The notes below the pieces were generated by a model. That model saw only the letters and a list, made by a program, of their open reading frames with translations. It did no database searches and was not told the origin of the DNA. Below, piece by piece: positions 63,126 through 64,000 of a DNA stretch of 64,000 nt (its first letter is position 1; each line of letters starts with the position of its first letter). Origin of the DNA: an uncultured Gemmatimonadales bacterium. Lineage in GTDB: Bacteria > Gemmatimonadota > Gemmatimonadetes > Gemmatimonadales > GWC2-71-9. The DNA lies in the NCBI GenBank assembly GCA_963762545.1, contig CAVXLC010000002.1:1275629-1339628 (forward strand), read 5' to 3'. The translations under genes and the position numbers were made by a program.

Positions 63126-64000
63126 CGGGAGCCTCCTGGCGTCGGCTGCATGAGCGGGAGCGTGGTAATGGCCTCGAGGCCGATCACGGCGCGGGCCTGG
63201 TCACGATCGAGGCGGATCTCCTCCATCTGGTATTCGACTATCGTGAGATAGCCCTCGAGCACTCGATCGAGCGTCACCTTGCCGGTCCGGTAGGCGGCCA
63301 GTGACGCCGCGGTGCCGGCCCTCGCCTCGGGCAGGATGGTGCCGCGGTACAGCGCGCGAAGCCGCCGGGCCCGATCGAATTCCGCGACCAGCTCTCCGAT
63401 GCGGCCCTGGACATCCGCCTCGGCGACCCGGACCGACGCACCGGCGGATTGGGCCATGGCGGCGGCCTCCCGCCGCATCGCGCCTTGCCGGCTTCCGGCC
63501 CAGATCGGAATCGTGGCGCCCACCATGAACGAGGCCATCCGCTCGGTGCCGGTCCGGTCCGCCATCGGTTGCTGAGCGTAGACCACCCCGAGCTCGAAGT
63601 CGGGCCACCGCGCGAGCCTCGCCACCCGGCGCCCGGCCTCGGCGCCATCGAGCCGCGCCCGCGCCGCCTGGAGCGCCGGCCCGCCCTGGAGCGCCGCGTC
63701 CAGCAGTGTGGCCACCGGAGGCAGTGAATCGGGCAGCGCGGGCGAGATGACCGCGCCGATCGTGAGTCCGGCCGGCCGCACCAGCAGCGCGTTGAGCCGC
63801 GCCACCGCTCCAGCCCGCATCGCGGTCATCCCGGTCAGCTCCTCCTCCAGCTTCGCCAGCTCGACCTGGGCGCGGAGCACGTCGGACTGGCTTCCGGTGC
63901 CGACGCTGTACATCGCGCGGGCAACCCCCTCGATTTCCCGGAGCAGTGACCCGGTCTGCTCCAGCGCGGCCACCGATCGGTCCACCCGGTCGATTTCCAG
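63122..64000 (-). CDS. cusC: TolC-family outer-membrane efflux protein (CusC-like), C-terminal part; the 5' end lies beyond the window end
   Basis: The frame stays open to nt 64000 (..LEIDRVDRSVAALEQTG..). OEP repeat features are Y..G..S..DVL.AQ.EL......L; P.FELGV.Y; and A.A.Y..G......VL.......E......... It has an ATGA overlap with the cusB start. Confidence 0.8.
   Translation of the reverse strand: MEIDRVDRSVAALEQTGSLLREIEGVARAMYSVGTGSQSDVLRAQVELAKLEEELTGMTAMRAGAVARLNALLVRPAGLTIGAVISPALPDSLPPVATLLDAALQGGPALQAARARLDGAEAGRRVARLARWPDFELGVVYAQQPMADRTGTERMASFMVGATIPIWAGSRQGAMRREAAAMAQSAGASVRVAEADVQGRIGELVAEFDRARRLRALYRGTILPEARAGTAASLAAYRTGKVTLDRVLEGYLTIVEYQMEEIRLDRDQARAVIGLEAITTLPLMQPTPGGSR

Overview
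Very GC-rich chromosomal segment from a diderm bacterium. LpxH, an LptE-like lipoprotein, a TolC-like channel, a TonB-dependent receptor and fused SecDF all point to an outer membrane. The gene content would fit Gemmatimonadota or a similar phylum, but that is only a guess. I support about 60 CDSs, one tRNA (selC-type, anticodon UCA), and no rRNA, CRISPR array, transposase or integrase. Genes sit in long co-directional chains, and about 20 junctions have overlapping stop/start codons (ATGA, GTGA, TTGA, TGATG).

Layout:
- 1-7.3 kb: envelope and housekeeping genes (FAD oxidase, HpcH aldolase, rdgB, rph, heptose-1-P adenylyltransferase, LptE/LolB-like lipoproteins, thioesterase, lpxH, murI).
- 7.2-19.5 kb: selC, ridA, fhs, tatD, secDF, ribF, truB, rbfA, infB, ylxQ-like, nusA.
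- 19.8-32.2 kb: murA-pgeF-lipoprotein, a DUF948/PLC-like pair, then lipoprotein-serS-uvrD-gatCAB-cysteine-desulfurase-like.
- 32.3-38 kb: Roadblock / sugar nucleotidyltransferases / MBL hydrolase / DAACS transporter / ATP-grasp operon.
- 38.4-45 kb: predicted oxalate-to-malate assimilation operon.
- 45-64 kb: envelope and metal-related block (LVIVD propeller + DUF305 lipoproteins, SDR, three-gene PAS-kinase phosphorelay, TonB receptor, heavy-metal two-component system, DJ-1/AraC regulator, cusCBA).

I found no recognisable defence, mobile or CRISPR-like system. The observations most worth a second look are:
- the 190-bp array of A/T clusters phased every 10 bp between convergent genes (44988-45177);
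- the frc/oxc-less oxalate operon;
- the promoter plus short transcript plus terminator unit in front of nusA;
- the tightly embedded tRNA-Sec followed by a heptamer-repeat purine tract;
- an 18-bp perfect AT-rich palindrome upstream of the TonB receptor.

All functional calls rest on my reading of the translated ORFs. No database search was run.
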